The notes: generated from the sequence alone by a model not told the origin. A stretch of DNA of 61,435 bases, filler included, from Hausera hauseri (GCA_046269625.1; 9 parts of 9 records of this genome joined end to end with filler, not necessarily neighbours in it); one strand, 5' to 3'; shown: positions 1-14,289, numbered from the whole stretch's first letter. Translations and numbers: made by a program.

Positions 1-38
1 TATCCACGATTAATATAACAGATTCAGCCGAGTCCACA

Positions 39-3000
39 TTGAAACACCCGAGTCCCTCATGGATCTCAATATTACTTTGGATACTCTCATTATTTATGTT
101 AAGTAAGATTTCTAGTAATGATGATGAGACGAATGGATCCTGGAATATAATACGTATCTCAACATTCAGTTGGAATGGACATTTCAATAAAAGAGAACCC
201 AAAACACTTAACGACTCAGGTTGCGTATCAAATGAATCCTCCGCAAATAATACAGAAACCCTACTGGAGTCTTATTACATTAACCAACCGACAGAAGAAT
301 ACTCAGACTATCGAGAATTAGCAGATACCCTAAAGGAAATCTGCAAAATACAACCAATATCAGATCAAGACCACCGCATGTACTCCTTATCAGAATTTAT
401 ACACGTCGTCCGTACTCTTGATTGGGACCGAAAAATGGTTAAACCGACGCGTGATAATGAAAATATTTACATCAGGAGAACATGGGCAACATTTGACTCT
501 TCCTTTTGCAGAGATGTAATGAGGCATAGACCCTTATTTATCGGAAGCCCATAAGAACGAGTGTTTCTTACTCATTTCTTAAGAGAAGAAATACCGTGAA
601 TCCCTAATATATATACTTACCCTATTGCAACAGACATCCCCATTATGCGATGTTTATATATCCCAAAAAAGAGCTGAGAAGGTGGGAGAATGATGCATCG
701 GATTATTCAAGAATTTCGGCGGAGATTTAATAAAAAAGAAAGTAAACAATTCATTTGCAGTTAATTGTTGGTTAACATATACGTTAATGACAATAAAGGA
801 CGATCTAGGAAAAGAAGAAATAGAGGAGATGGAAAAGGAAGAAACTCGGATACTATGGAATGATTATGTACGTAGAGATAGAGACACCATTTTAGCTAGT
901 AACGAAAACAAAGAAATTAGTTGACTGGAACAAGTAAGCACCAGAAGATTGTCCGACAATCTAAATGCTCTGCGTTACAGACTGCTATTTTATATGTTGG
1001 ATGACGACCAAGAGATAGCTGTACCTTTCAAAGGAGAAAGCGAAGATCTCATTTATAGTAAGACCATTTTGGAGCACTAAGACACCACACCCCAATATAT
1101 AGCTTCCACCATACTAAATAAGCCAAGACACTCAATAGATGATAAAAAATTGGTAGATGAAATACTGTACGATGTGACCAGACCGGATTCCACACGAAAA
1201 GTTTCATCGAACTTTTTATTTGACGGACAATCCTATGAGGAACAATACTACCAACAAGTAAAACTTGGTGATAATTATTCTAATTTAATACGAGTAGTGC
1301 GAGAATACCAAAAAGGAAAAGTACATCATGACTATTCCTCTCACAGAAAAAAGGATGTCATATCCAAACCAATTTAAAGGTCGGAAGACTAACGAGCTTG
1401 AATATTAACCCCTCTCAAGGAAACGAAAATATTCCTGTCCTAAAGAAATATTCCAGGAAGACTATACTAATACTGAAAATTGGAACGAATTATCTGAACC
1501 CATACAAGACGCCATGGACGAATTAAACAAGAACGGAAGCGAATATAAACCATGCAGAACCAGATGGCTACTTGCGTCAGACTTAATAGAAGCAACACAA
1601 GAGGACCTTAACATGACATCAATAACGACGACACCTAAAACTAACATAATTCTAGTCACTATTGCAAACGTAATAGATCCCGTAGGAGAATACAATTACG
1701 CGTTAGCCAGCCAGATAATTCCTTACTTCAGAACAGTAAATACTCTAAAAATAAAACCCAAGTAAACTCCCGTCAACCAGAGAGGAATTAAATCGAGTAA
1801 TGTATAGACTAGTATATCAATCGTTGTATCACTCTATTGTTAACTCATTAAAAATATGTCCCCAAGGCCAAGATCTTTTAACCACTATAAAAATCTACGC
1901 TTTATAGCAAATATAACCGAACAATGGTTAGACAATGTTGAATCAAAAGATGACCAATCTAGCAGTATACTTCATGACGGCCAATCCACTACTGTACTTC
2001 CTATATTTGGACAGACCCTTCATGAATGGGCCAGAGATTATAAATTGTTTATTGATTACAGGTAGCATAGATCAATTACCCAAAGAGGACCAAAAAGATT
2101 TCATGAAATTATATATGACCTTATATGAACCGTATTTTGATCGACTAAATCAGGAAACCGGAACAAACTTTAAAGAATCAGATTATAAATACCAATTACT
2201 TTTAATAGCTAGCATCTTATATACTTCTTAAAAAATTCCAGCCAATAAATCAATATCCTGCACGTTAAATGATTTTCAAACCAAAGTGTACTGTGAAGGA
2301 CTTTATTTACTTCAACAAATTTTAATGGAGATATCCTCATAACCTATATAGTTACAACCTATCAATATCATGATAGGGACCTAGAATGATATAGTGGGAA
2401 TACCATGCAATGAACCCATATGTACAAAACATGAATCATTGTTAAAATCCCGAATAGAAACACATTCTACATTACAGATAATACGTTATCTTTGGTCATT
2501 TGACCCATTAATAGAAAAGTACAGACTAACTCACGAAAAAATCATACTGTATGTAGATAAAACCAAATATCAATCTTTATTCGTCGGAAGCCGTAAAGAA
2601 CGTGTACTGATCTTTCGTTTCTTACGAGGAAAACCATTATTATTTACCATAGCGGACATTATTAGTCTTCTCCAAAGAATCTCACGGAATTAGTAGCAAA
2701 TAAACCTACGAAAAGAATTGCCAAATTGGCCGATATATGTCTAGGACTATTTAAGAGTTACGGCGAAGAGCTAACAGATAAAGTTCAAACGGATTTTTTT
2801 ATGATCAATTGTTGGATGACATACACACGAATGGCGATAAAAGATGATATTACTCAGGAAGAAATAGACGCCTATGAATAAGAAGCACGAATATTATGGA
2901 ATAATTATGTGAATCTGGATGTAAATACACCATTAATCCCGTTGGATTACGAAAATATAGATAAGTTCTACATGGTGAATTCAAGCGGATTTTCATGTAA

Positions 3001-5021
3001 GTTAGATGCCTTACGATACCATCTAATATTTTGTGAATTAAACGACAGCAAGGAAATAGCTAGACCATTTAAAAAGGAACGAGAAAGATTAATAAGTATC
3101 CGTCGACTAAGATCAGATAAAGAAAAGAAAGTGATAACAGATATGACAAAGAACTTACGACGACTAAATGCCTTCGAAAAATGTATCATGCGTATTTACT
3201 ATAATAGAGAATCATCCAAAATGGAAGAATATGAGGATACACCGCATAGCGACGATGATCACTATGAGATGAAAGGAAATATTAATATTAAATCACCAAC
3301 GGTAGTTGAGATACAACATAAAATATTTCAGTCCGACGTCAATAACGACCAAGCAGTGACCAGTGATAACGTCAACTCAAACAAACCCATGTCTATGAAA
3401 ATAATTAAACAAATAGCACAGAAAGAAATTACAGATCCCATTATTCATAAGGAAAATGACACCGACACCCAACCAGTATTAAGAGAAAACCAGTTTAGGA
3501 TAGTTAGTAACGGGTTCACCTTTTCAACATTAATATTACTTATTATTCCATTCATATTATTTGGAACGGCCGAGGCTACTTCTCCCACGGCAAATACTAC
3601 TCAGGAAATTTCATTAGTTTGGCTATTATTATTAATCTTAGTTAACTTAATGCTTCACATGAAAAAATCTGAACCATCAAGCAGAAACGAAAGGATTACT
3701 CCAACTGAAGGGCACACGATAATAGAAGAAGTTCCAACCATTAAACCAAAATATATGAAACGTCGAACACTAGCAAGAATGAAGGACATACCAATCACTA
3801 AACCTTTGTTATCCGATAATAATAACAAAAACGTCGACCCCACAAACGACTACTGCTGCTAGCAAATAGAGTCAAATAAATCCCTAAACCCCGTACCAAA
3901 CCCACTTCTATCACTATCTCAAGAAGTTGAACATTATAAAATAAAAAGGCTGCGAGAGTATAAGCGAGAAAACCAAATTTTTATCTAGAATTTTGATCAA
4001 ACAACAGAATGGTCAAATTTAGACGGCTCAGTACAATTAAACCTAGAAACTTATGCTAAAAATCATATGATGAATCGCCATTATATACAGTTAGGAGCAC
4101 AGAATGAAGATATTATCAAATATATAAAAGCGGAAATAAATTCATCATTCGGTATACTCTCAGAAGAAACGCAGATAATCATAGCCATAGTAGCTAACAG
4201 AGTATACTTAATAGCGGAACACCCCTATTTAACTGTTAGCAAAGTAGTCCCAACATTTCTTGATATAAATAAGCTCCGCAAAGATAGATATGAATTATCA
4301 CCTGAAGAGTATGAACTATATACCGTAGCCAACCGCTTGGCTCAGTGCCATTAGATAATAGAACCCCCACAACAGTACTAGAACAAAGCCCGTATAAACG
4401 GATAATGCTTAATGACCTCAGACAAGCATACGTAACTCACCTGGAATGGAAAAAGGAGATGAGACAATTCGACCTAGTCGGAAGAAATACACTATTAATG
4501 TACAAGAGCGGAATACAACTTTATCGAAAAAATAACGCAGACGTCTATCAAAGCATTCAATACGCGAATCGCTTATGGGAAACGCCTGATCATACCAGAA
4601 AAGAACTTATATCCTTCTATCTCGACATGTATAACAAATATTTCGAGCAATGTCAGAAGGAATCACGATATAATCCTAACACTCATCCCATGAGAGATAA
4701 TTTACTACTAATCACCAGCTTCCTACGACAACTTTCAAAGGTAGCACAGCATGAAGGTAGATCTTTTAGAGAACGCTACGAGAATGACCCAATAAACTGT
4801 AACTCAGGACTGAGAATATTTGACGAAATCATGAATGTGTCTGGCTTAAAGCTTTCATGGTATAACCACATGCATGAATTAGCCAAAGCTTGGAACTATA
4901 GATGTGGAATAAAATCCACCCACTTTGAAAATCGGAAACACGAGCTAATAATTATGCATAAATTACAACTATCAACTATACCACAACTAATAGAAAAAAT
5001 ACGATCAGTCGACTTACTAAA
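39..5021 (+). mobile_element. Decayed accessory (non-gag/pol) polyprotein region of a large Ty3/gypsy-like element, internally duplicated
   Basis: All long ORFs are on + and broken by stops/frameshifts. Peptides (PSWISILLWILSLFMLSK, EFIHVVRTLDW, PLFIGS, CIGLFKNFGG) match ORFs 3' of the integrase in contig 4 (SSWTSTLLLWVLSLLIMSK, ELIHYIHTVNW, PLFIGGMQER, CIGLFQNFGG). Confidence 0.6.
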
Positions 5022-5121
5022 NNNNNNNNNNNNNNNNNNNNNNNNNNNNNNNNNNNNNNNNNNNNTTAATTAATTAANNNNNNNNNNNNNNNNNNNNNNN
5101 NNNNNNNNNNNNNNNNNNNNN
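5022..5121. other. Artificial contig spacer (44N-TTAATTAATTAA-44N); identical spacers at 14627-14726, 24705-24804, 30163-30262, 37950-38049, 47257-47356, 51334-51433, 56939-57038
   Basis: Identical 100-bp N-padded linker with stop codons in all six frames occurs 8 times; sequences on either side are unrelated. Confidence 0.98.
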
Positions 5122-6279
5122 GATTACCAACGGTTTCAATGATTTTCTTTGGAAATGTTTTTGAAGTTATCAAACAAACTAAATTATTCTGGCGATATCT
5201 CTTCTGAATACGATACAACGTAGCTATTCCACATGGAGGTTTTATAATTTTCTTTATTTCAAAAACAATTGCCATCTTTTAAATGATCCACAACCAAATT
5301 CTGAATGTCTCGTGAAATCATATTGCAACTGACTACTTCTAATGTGAAAATATTTATGCTATAAATTTCTGACAGCTCATTAAGTTTTCTACTGATTATT
5401 TGTTTGGCAGTTTGCCAAATTTCACTTCATATGAAAATATTCAAATTTTGATAAGCTATCAAAAGTAAGTTTCCACTCCGTAAACTTATTAACTTCGAAA
5501 TCGTACTTCACGTGCTTTAACACTGAACGATAATCAGTAAGCGACTAAAACCAACGTAATTGAATTCAACTGAAATCACACTCAATTCTGCATCCAAGTT
5601 GGTAATTTATAAAACTGTATTCGATATCCAACGGACTTGACTGATAATTATTCTGATTCGCTGACTCTTGAATTATTTTCTCTTTCGTGGTGGTAATTTA
5701 TTTTGTCTGATTATTGATTTCTCCCTTTGCTAACTAACACACTGTTTTTGGCTGGCTATAAGTCTATCTATATATATTCGTGGAGCAAGCACGTGTGTAA
5801 CGATTAATATTTTCTTGAATTAACTACGAATTGTTTTCGATTTTCAACAATTTCTAATAGCTTTATTTTCGTAATATTTTTCAAATATTAATATAAATTC
5901 AACACATGCTCCAAAAATTATTAAAGATGTGGCAAACCCTTCTGATTATTGTTGTCTAATTATTTCCAAGTTTTCTAATTCATACAATGACGTATAAGGC
6001 TAAGGTAACATACAATTCTACACGTTGACAATGAGTGTGTATAATTTTACAACATTTCGCCTCTAAGCGGCATCCTCGCATGTGCTTATTGCGTCAGGAA
6101 AGGTGACGCCCAATTGCTGTCGTCGCAGTAGGTCCAATCTACTCCGGAGACTACTGTCATCGACTGGATCAGCTTGGAACCCTATTTCATCTGCTTCTAA
6201 TGCATAACTGGTGCTGGGTTTGGTTTGAATTTGGACTAATCGGTTACACTCACCATTCGAGAAATATTTCAATCCGCTT

Positions 6280-6425
6280 GCCTGAACCCGACATATTTGG
6301 TACGTGGTTTTCCCGTTTTGTAGGCTTCATGTCTGTAAGCAAGTACGACAATACTTATGACGGCATTCCTTGTTATCCAATTTACGTATCCTTGCGAAAT
6401 GTTCTGTTTACAAACCGTGCAGATA
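6280..6425 (-). pseudogene. C3HC4 RING finger domain (frameshifted)
   Basis: Joining frames gives CTVCKQNISQGYVNxDNKECRHKYCRTCLQT*SLQNGKTTYQICR, i.e. C-x2-C...C-x-H-x2-C-x2-C...(C>Y)-x2-C. Confidence 0.75.
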
Positions 6426-7589
6426 TATTCGTCTTCGTTAGTGTTTTCTTCATCGAGGTCTATATTGGGAATAATTCTAATCCGTTCAAACACTAGACCA
6501 TCGTGGTCATGATATAGGTAACCATGAAGTTCCTTTTGTAGAATGTTAATCCAGCTCTTTCAGGGGTCATATTTTATCGGTACCAACGTCCGATCTATAA
6601 CGGTTTCTTTATCCAGATCGGGAACGTTGCCTTCCCTCTGGTATGCATGGTATTGCTTTTTCAACATTAACTTGATCTGGGCGTCCACAGGAATTGACAG
6701 TTTGCATGTTCTCTTTGATTTAAATACTGCAGCCAAGTATTATCCTATTTCCGTGTTTTCGCAAACGTATGCGCCATCCGGGGTATCGTATATTCCTTTG
6801 TTTTTCACATAAGATATTGCTTCTCTCTGTTTTTGGTGACTGCAGTACTATGCTGTAATCAATAACTGTGGGTAGTCTTTAGCTGTTGAATAATGGATAT
6901 TTACTTGAGATTTTTTTCTTAAGTACGTTCACTCCAGTGAATATCTGTGTAGAGTCATTTTCTGACTTTCTTCTTGGTGCTTGGGTTTGAACTTTTCTAT
7001 AGACCTTTTCTGACTGGGTTACGTCTATTTCGTTTGGTGGTTCTGTAATCCTAGTGTAAGTTTGCGAATTTCGCTCTATTACTTTCTTTTCCTTTTGGAT
7101 TTTTGCCTCCTTTGTTCGTAGTTTTGGAATTTGATTATCCTCGAGCGATTTTCTCTCTTACGGATTTTCTTGCCCCTTTGTCTTCTTCACGGTTTTTCTT
7201 TTTGTATAAGTAATTGTAGAGTGATAGTTTTCTCTTGTTTACGGATACTGCGGCTTCATCATTCTTTTCCTTGCAAATGCTGGACTTTTCCTCATGCTTT
7301 TTCAAAATTTCTTGTATCTTGAAGGTTGTTTGTGGTTCAGCAATCTTCGTTGAAGCCTTCGAGCCGAAGCTGTAACTCGTACTAGGTCTGTCGTCCGTTT
7401 TCAGTCGTAGAACGACTGGTTCTGTGTTGGATTCTTGTATGGTTATTCGATAATTTGCTCGTTCTTTAGACTCGATAGTTCTAGGAGGAGAATAGGGTCG
7501 GAATTATCGTCTATGTCTAGTACTCAGTTTTTCTGAGTTAGTGGGGCTTTTCAAATTCGTACTCGGGTTGTCTGAGGCCCATTCATGGT

Positions 7590-8114
7590 TCATTTTAATT
7601 CTGCATTTATGTCACGTAAATATTGGGAACATTGACTAACTGTTAATAAATGGCTCATTCTGACGTGCTTACCGCTCAATGATTCGAGAATTAACTTAAA
7701 TCGGCCTTCAACGGTCGGCAGTAGGTAACCATTTCTTTCCTTAAGGGTATGTTCCATTCGTTCTATTATTGTAGGATGGGTTTATATTTCTAGCATTCCT
7801 ACTATATGTGTGAGGGGCAACTTCAATTTTTCCACAATCTTTTCTACCTGATATCCCACAGGGATACATTGGTACAAACAGTGTGTCAATTCTTCGCGGA
7901 CCAGTTCGATATCCTTACCGTGGGCTAGCTGTTCTTTCTTTACTCCTGTTACTTCCGCGTAAGTTTCCCTTATCCTTTTTCTTGGACTGATTGTTTTTGA
8001 GTAAATTTCAACGTCCTCCGTTTTCCGAACGGATACTTCGACTGGAATATAGTTTCCATCATTTCCTCCATAATTCAATGCTACTATTCTGGTATTTCTT
8101 GCATCTTGTATCAA
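7590..8114 (-). pseudogene. DEDDh 3'-5' exonuclease-like domain (REX4/ISG20/DnaQ fold), acidic catalytic residues apparently lost
   Basis: RIVALNYG...IYSKTISPRKRIRETYAEVTGVKKEQLAHGKDIELVREELTHCLYQCIPVGYQV follows the DEDDh pattern VAlDcE...y...vkP...i...t.vtGI....l......v..el...l....lVGH. Confidence 0.55.
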
Positions 8115-8783
8115 ACTGAAGTTGTGTAGATGTCCGTATTAGTCCTTTTCAGTAGGTTCCTGTTTAAACTTTAAGGGTGGTAACTGAACAATGGGCGCGT
8201 TCTCATAAGTCACCTCAATCATCAACTTAACCGGTAATACACCACCTCGGAACTCTACTTCACAACTGTAGTGATAGAAATCTCTGCTGTTGATTAGAAA
8301 GGTGCTGTATTGGCATTGACTTCCTTGCCAGGAATCCCAAGCTTGATCCTTTAGTCGATAGTAAATTTCTTCATCTCCTAAATGAATAAATTTATTTTGA
8401 TGGTAGACGGGTTCGTATTGAAGTAATTGTCGCAAGGCATATGCTTTCGCATCTTTATCTTTACTCAGCGTATAAACGTACGACTCTGTTCTCTTCAGTG
8501 GTTCCTTTAAGATTATTAGAGATGACACTGGTCTGTTTGTATTCAACGAAAAATTTTCCTTGCAATTCATTATTGATCTGTCTGAATATCGACTTGGATT
8601 GGGAAATTAATACTGTCGCACACTTCTGTAGAAAATCGTCGATACTACGTCGCTCGTTATTGTGGTCATTTGAATACTTACCGGTCTGAAAAACAAATAG
8701 TAACGGTTAATCATAAAACAAAGTGTGGTTTTAAACCAAAATCAATTCTTTGTTTGATGATAGAATAACCCGATCTGTAATTG

Positions 8784-10082
8784 TCAGGTTACTTTATCAT
8801 AGAGATACTCTTGCGGTTCCAATTTCCTTAATTCCCGCTCTAAGATTTTAGCACGGTTATTAAGACACTTTTTGGTAACTAGTCGAAAAGTTGCTATGAA
8901 TATTACTAGCACAAACGTTGACAAACCTGTAATCATTATTATTGGAAAAACCGTGGGCTCTTTAGGTTTTATAGTGACAACTTCTACGGATTTGTCGTGT
9001 TCTGTGTCTTTACTCAAGTGTGGTTCTGCCTGAACTTCATCTAAGGTATGGAGTGTGAAGATTTGACTCTGTTTGTCTTTCGCGCTTATTTGTATTATGT
9101 ATTCTGGTTTCGATTTTAATGAGTTGCATTCAGTCTGATAAGTACTTTTCAACAAAGTACTTTTCGATGATTGTACATTGTACGACAAATTTATTTCGAC
9201 AGAAAACACTATTTTATGTTGCTGTGTCAAACACTTAACGGGAATTTTAGCTATTTTTCTCTCAGGCATTTTCACTTGAGTAGTTGGTTTGCTCGTCGTT
9301 ATTTCGACTACAATTTGTCAGATTTTATTTTTTGGATAATATCTTCCTAAATAGATGCTCGATTTATTTATTTGAGTTCCATAGAAGTCGAACTGAATTC
9401 TGTACTCGTAACCTTTCGGCATGCTACAAAATGGATTTGGTCTCGCGTTTCCAATGATACAATAATACGGAGATGGACTTGACCTATTTATTTTGATAAA
9501 TTGAACTGAAATCTCCTGGTTGCTTGGCAATCTTCTTTTTGTTTTTATCTGGATTCATTTGTCGTTCTCGTCTCTGGAGATCCCAATTATATTTTCGTCT
9601 AACACCCATTTGATCGAATCTGTCGATTGGACTATATCGCTGAAATCTGTTACACTAATTCGCTCTATGATGGGTATCACTAGTTTTAATGGTGGTCTTA
9701 TCGCTCCATGTGTGCATTCGTAGTTTTCATAGTACATCCGTATTGTGAATGTATATGTGTTTCCATAATTTATATTGCAACATCCTTCTTGATATCCGTA
9801 AGGAAGATCACAATGGGTCATTACCCGCTTGTTCACGTTCAAAAGAACTATTTGGTATTTTACTGGTTTCCTGGCAGACCTGTCTGTTCCGAATAGCACA
9901 CAGTTTCTTATTGGATCTGTATTCCGGGCCTTGAAGGCATCTAAAACACTTACGTCGTTTCTCTTCATGTCTAGCAACTCGCTTTTCATTCATTTGTTTA
10001 GTATTTGAATCATTCCTTTTTGAGCCTTCGCTTATGGGATATTCGAAGCTATTAATGATAATGCTAATACTATCTGCATGTA
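8784..10082 (-). pseudogene. Type I membrane protein-like ORF following integrase (signal peptide, ectodomain, C-terminal TM)
   Basis: YMQIVLALSLIASNIP*AKAQ signal-like segment at ~10080-10021; Cys-containing fragments 9555-9989 and 9318-9530; TM VFPIIMITGLSTFVLVIFIATFRLV followed by a basic tail. Confidence 0.55.
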
Positions 10083-10176
10083 AGATATGGGTTTGGCAGT
10101 TATGGACGAGGCTTTTGTTTTTCTATCATTTGGTTTCTGATTCACTTTTGCATCACTAAAAAGCAAATTTTATAGT

Positions 10177-11283
10177 TTATCCGGTTTCATTTCCGTTTTC
10201 ACGACTCTGCATCGATACGACCTCTTCATTTCCATTTTTATTAATATAAACTGTAGTGGGTGTCGTCCTGATAACTTCGTATAGTCCTCTTCCAGTACGC
10301 GTAAGTTTTAACCATGTACCCTTTTTGGCTACGGGATAGTGCGCATAAACCCAATTCCCGATTTCTAAATCATGCGGTTTCGCTTTTCTATCGTATTGCT
10401 TTTTAAATTCTTCTTCATATTCTAGGGATAATGTTTTCGCGAGTTCCCAACATTTTTGTAATCCAGTTTGTAGAACTTCTGCAAAATTTGGTTTTAAATC
10501 CTCGGGATTTGCTTCATACGGAATCATTTCTAAGTCCGTATGCAATGCTGCTTCTCGTCCATACATCATAAAGAATGGCGTAAAACTTTTCGCAGTATGT
10601 AGTGTCGTATTGATAGCGAATTGCGTACCTTCTAGGAATTCGTCCCAATCCTTCTGATCCTTTGCGACTACTGTTGATAATATTCGTATAAGGGTGGCGT
10701 TCATACATTCAACCATTCCATTACATTGAGGGTGGTAAGATGTCGTGGTTAATCTCTCAATTTTGAATATTTTGATAATTTTGACAAACAACTCACTAGT
10801 AAAGTTTCTTCCTCGGTCAGTTAGTATCTGTTCTGGCGGTACGTATCTACAGATCATTTTCCTCACTACTGCCTATGATAAAGTTTCTTCTTTTGATCGT
10901 GTAAAGCTACTAACTCTACGAAATGAGTTAAAGGATCAACGCGTGTTAATATATTTATTATTCTTGCGAGATGTAGGTAATGGTCCTACGATGTCCATAG
11001 ACATAGCTTGCATTGGTCTATCTGGTAAATTTATCGGTTTGAGTTGCGCTACGTAATTTCGTACTTTCCTTTCTTTAGTTGCGCATACTTCGCAAGCGCT
11101 TGCCCAATTTTTTACATCAATATAGATAATTGTCCAGTAGTATTTGTTTAGTATCCTTTCTAACGTCTTTTTCCAGGACATGTGTCCAGCTAAATACAAA
11201 TCATGTTCAACCATTAAAACTTCTGTTCGTAAATTCTTGCGTATAACTACTAATTTCCTTCCTTTCCAATCATAATACAACAC
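10177..11283 (-). pseudogene. pol: Ty3/gypsy integrase (HHCC Zn finger, rve core, degenerate GPY/F)
   Basis: EHDLYLAGHMS...CEVCA, MDIVGPLP, ILTDRGRNFTS, SYHPQCNGMVE, GRGLYEV. Confidence 0.95.
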
Positions 11284-11322
11284 TCTTTCGTCACCTCTAT
11301 TCGTGGAAACGCAATATTTGTG

Positions 11323-13123
11323 TCAATGTCTTTGTAAGTGTTTCTTTAACTGGTGACCTTTGGGCATTTCGTCTGTTTCAGTATATTCAATAATTTGCTG
11401 GGTAACTTTATCTTTCTTTTGTTCGATTGAAATTTTGATCGCTTTATCTAACGTTAGGATACGCTGTTGATATACTAACTCTTCGAGTCGGTTTTTCTTC
11501 GTTGTCATATTAGTACTCGTTTTCGTCTTCAATTTTGATAATGAGTCAGCATCAATATGCATAGTACCAGGTTTATATTGAAATTCAATATTATATCTCG
11601 AAATTTCTTTGATCCATTTATTCAATCTGCATGTAAGGTTATTTGCTCGTCCTTTTAAAGTTGTAACTGCCTTGTGATCAGTAAAGATTATTATTTTCTA
11701 TCCATACTCATAGACGTTGAAGTATCTCAAGGCTTCTTTTACTGCTAACGTTTCTAATTCCATTACCAAATAATTTTTCTCACCTTTCTTTAAGTTGCGT
11801 TCTCCGTAAACGATCGGATGTTCCAATTCTTCATCCTCGCGTTTCTGTGCTAATTCATATCCAATACCTTCCTTACTTGCATGTGTTTTGATAATAAATG
11901 GCAATTTGAAATCAGGATATCTTAACACTAGTTCGCTGGTCAATATATTCTTCATTTTATCAAACACTTTTGTTCAACATCCGTCCTTTTCCATTTGATT
12001 CCTTGTTCAATAATCGGTATAATGACGCATTTATTTTCGAATTATCTGGTAAGTAATCAGCATAATATCCACATAGGCTTAACCAATGTCTTAATTCTTT
12101 TTGGTTGTGAGGTCCCATACAGGCCGAAATTTTGCTCAATAAGGATTTATCTAGTTTGGATCTTCCCTTTCCAACTATCTTCCTGAGGTATGATACGGCA
12201 TTCTGAGCCCACTTACATTTCTTTGCATTCAACTTTAACTCAGCTTGTTCTAATTTTATGAGTGTGTCTTCAATGTCTTTTAGATTCTCTTGTTCTGTTT
12301 TTGATGCGATCATTACGTCGTCTAAGTACGCAAATGCATGTTCAAACCCCATTAACATTTTATTCATCATGTTGATGAAAATAGCTAGTCCAGTGGTAAT
12401 TCCGAACGGCATAACTGTAATTTCATATACCCTATCGTGGGTGTTAGACGCTGTTTTATAACGATCCTCATCCTCAATCTCTACCTGCCAATATCCGGAT
12501 TGTAAGTCCAGAGTGGTAAACCATTTTGTTCCTGAGAGCCTATGTAGAGCCTCTTTTACAGATGGTAGGGGAAATGAATCTTTCATCATAAGAGTATTTA
12601 ATGCTCCGTAATTGATACAAAATCGATGTTTCATGGTACCTTTCTTTTTGACCATAAGAAAAGTTGAGTACCAAGATCTAAAACGTGGCCTAATTATATC
12701 GGCCTTAAGCATCCGTTCTACATCCTTAGTTATCTCAAATCTTAAGGAATGTTGTAGTGGATACCACTTTGGCATTTTCTGTTCCTCGAGATCTATTTCG
12801 TCATTGGAACCGGGCTTTTTCTTCAGTGGTATAGCTAGTCTTAATGCTTTTGCTCGACCAATGCCTTCTTCGTCCCTAGCAATAATTAATTTGTAGCGGC
12901 ATAGTAACTCATAAAATCGACAATAGACTTCTGGTGAGAATTTAGTGTGTACATGAAGTGCAAACTCGGCATATTTGTGTGGCTTCTTTTCAATAGTTAT
13001 CGCTGATACTTTGTAAGTGTGACTCAAGGTAGTGTTCGCGTATAACTTTACTGGCATTGGCGCGTTGTTCATTATTTTGACTGGTATTCGACCAGATGCT
13101 ACACAGATTAATATATTATTCAA
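11323..13123 (-). pseudogene. pol: Ty3/gypsy reverse transcriptase and RNase H
   Basis: RFCINYGALN, LDLQSGYWQV, VMPFG, AYLDDVMI; RNase H PFIIKTHASKEGIG, ELETLAV, YKPGTMHIDADSLS. Confidence 0.95.
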
Positions 13124-13324
13124 AATTATACATGGATTTAGTGTTTCTTTCGGCTCGAAATATACTGGTAAGTCGTCGACTTGACAGATTCATGCAAATA
13201 TTATCATTTCCGTTTTAGGCGGAATATTTTCGTCAACTGTGATCCATACTTCTCCGAGTTCTCTTTCCTTATTAATTGTTGCTCATTTTATCGGTCCAAG
13301 TTCAATTAGCTTCGAAGTGTTTAA

Positions 13325-13640
13325 GTCTACCGCAATATTTGGTAGACGTCTTAATACATCGCATCCTAATACTATATCATCCGTCAAGTGTTCAATTATA
13401 GAAAATTCATGTTGGAATCTCTGGCCCATTATCTCGATATTAGGATTCCATTTGAACCTCGGTCTCGATTCTTATCCGAAATCTCCTATGCTTCCGAGAT
13501 TGATTGCGAGAGGTGGCCTCAAATGAGTTCGTAACGATTTTGGTATTGATCCGTCTTTTATAAATGATTTTTCCTATCCGGTGTCTATTAACGCATATAC
13601 TTCCCAATCGTCAATACTATTTTTGGCGAACGGCCTACCT
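13325..13640 (-). pseudogene. Retropepsin aspartic protease
   Basis: GRPFAKNSIDDWEVYALIDTG*EKSFI ... DDIVLGCDVLRRL. Confidence 0.85.
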
Positions 13641-14289
13641 TCTTTAATCTTGGGCTGTTTAACGGCAGATATCTTGTGTCCATTAATACTGATTTCTGGT
13701 ATGCTGCTGGAGTCTTCGGCTATTTGTCTCAATTCATCTGCGGGGTATAATTCATTATTTACGCAGTTTTCATTATCATTTTCCTGCGTACTGATTAATG
13801 GTTCTCGGTTATTTGTGTATAAGGATATGCATTCGCGGATTATCCCAAATTTCTGATTTTGTTTCTATACCTCGTGGGATCCTTGGGAAGTATATCACCC
13901 TGTGGCCATCAACCGATCGATGACATAACTCTACCCTCTCTCTAATTCCATACATTTTCTGTAAAGCACCGTATTGCTTAGTCCCTTCATAAGGGTCTTC
14001 ATAACTGAAAGGTTTTCGATAGATTTCCAACCTGTAAGAGTTAACTGATCTTTTGTCGCAGTCCTCATACACTGGTGCCGTAGGGGGCAGTATAGGCAAA
14101 GGCGATTTTATGACCGAGTGTGCCTTATGCTTACATATTTTAGAGACCACGTCTCCTCCCTTAGACTCGTCGTTATCCGAATTGTTTTTTCGTGATTTTG
14201 CAACCCTTTGTCCTATAAAGAATATGGCTTTTCTCTTTCATTTCCGATTATAATTGCCGACATGTCTTTCGACATCGCTTTTCCATTTG

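Noticed and set aside
12258-13856. + strand ORFs overlapping the gypsy pol
   Set aside because: Antisense shadows of RT/PR coding sequence
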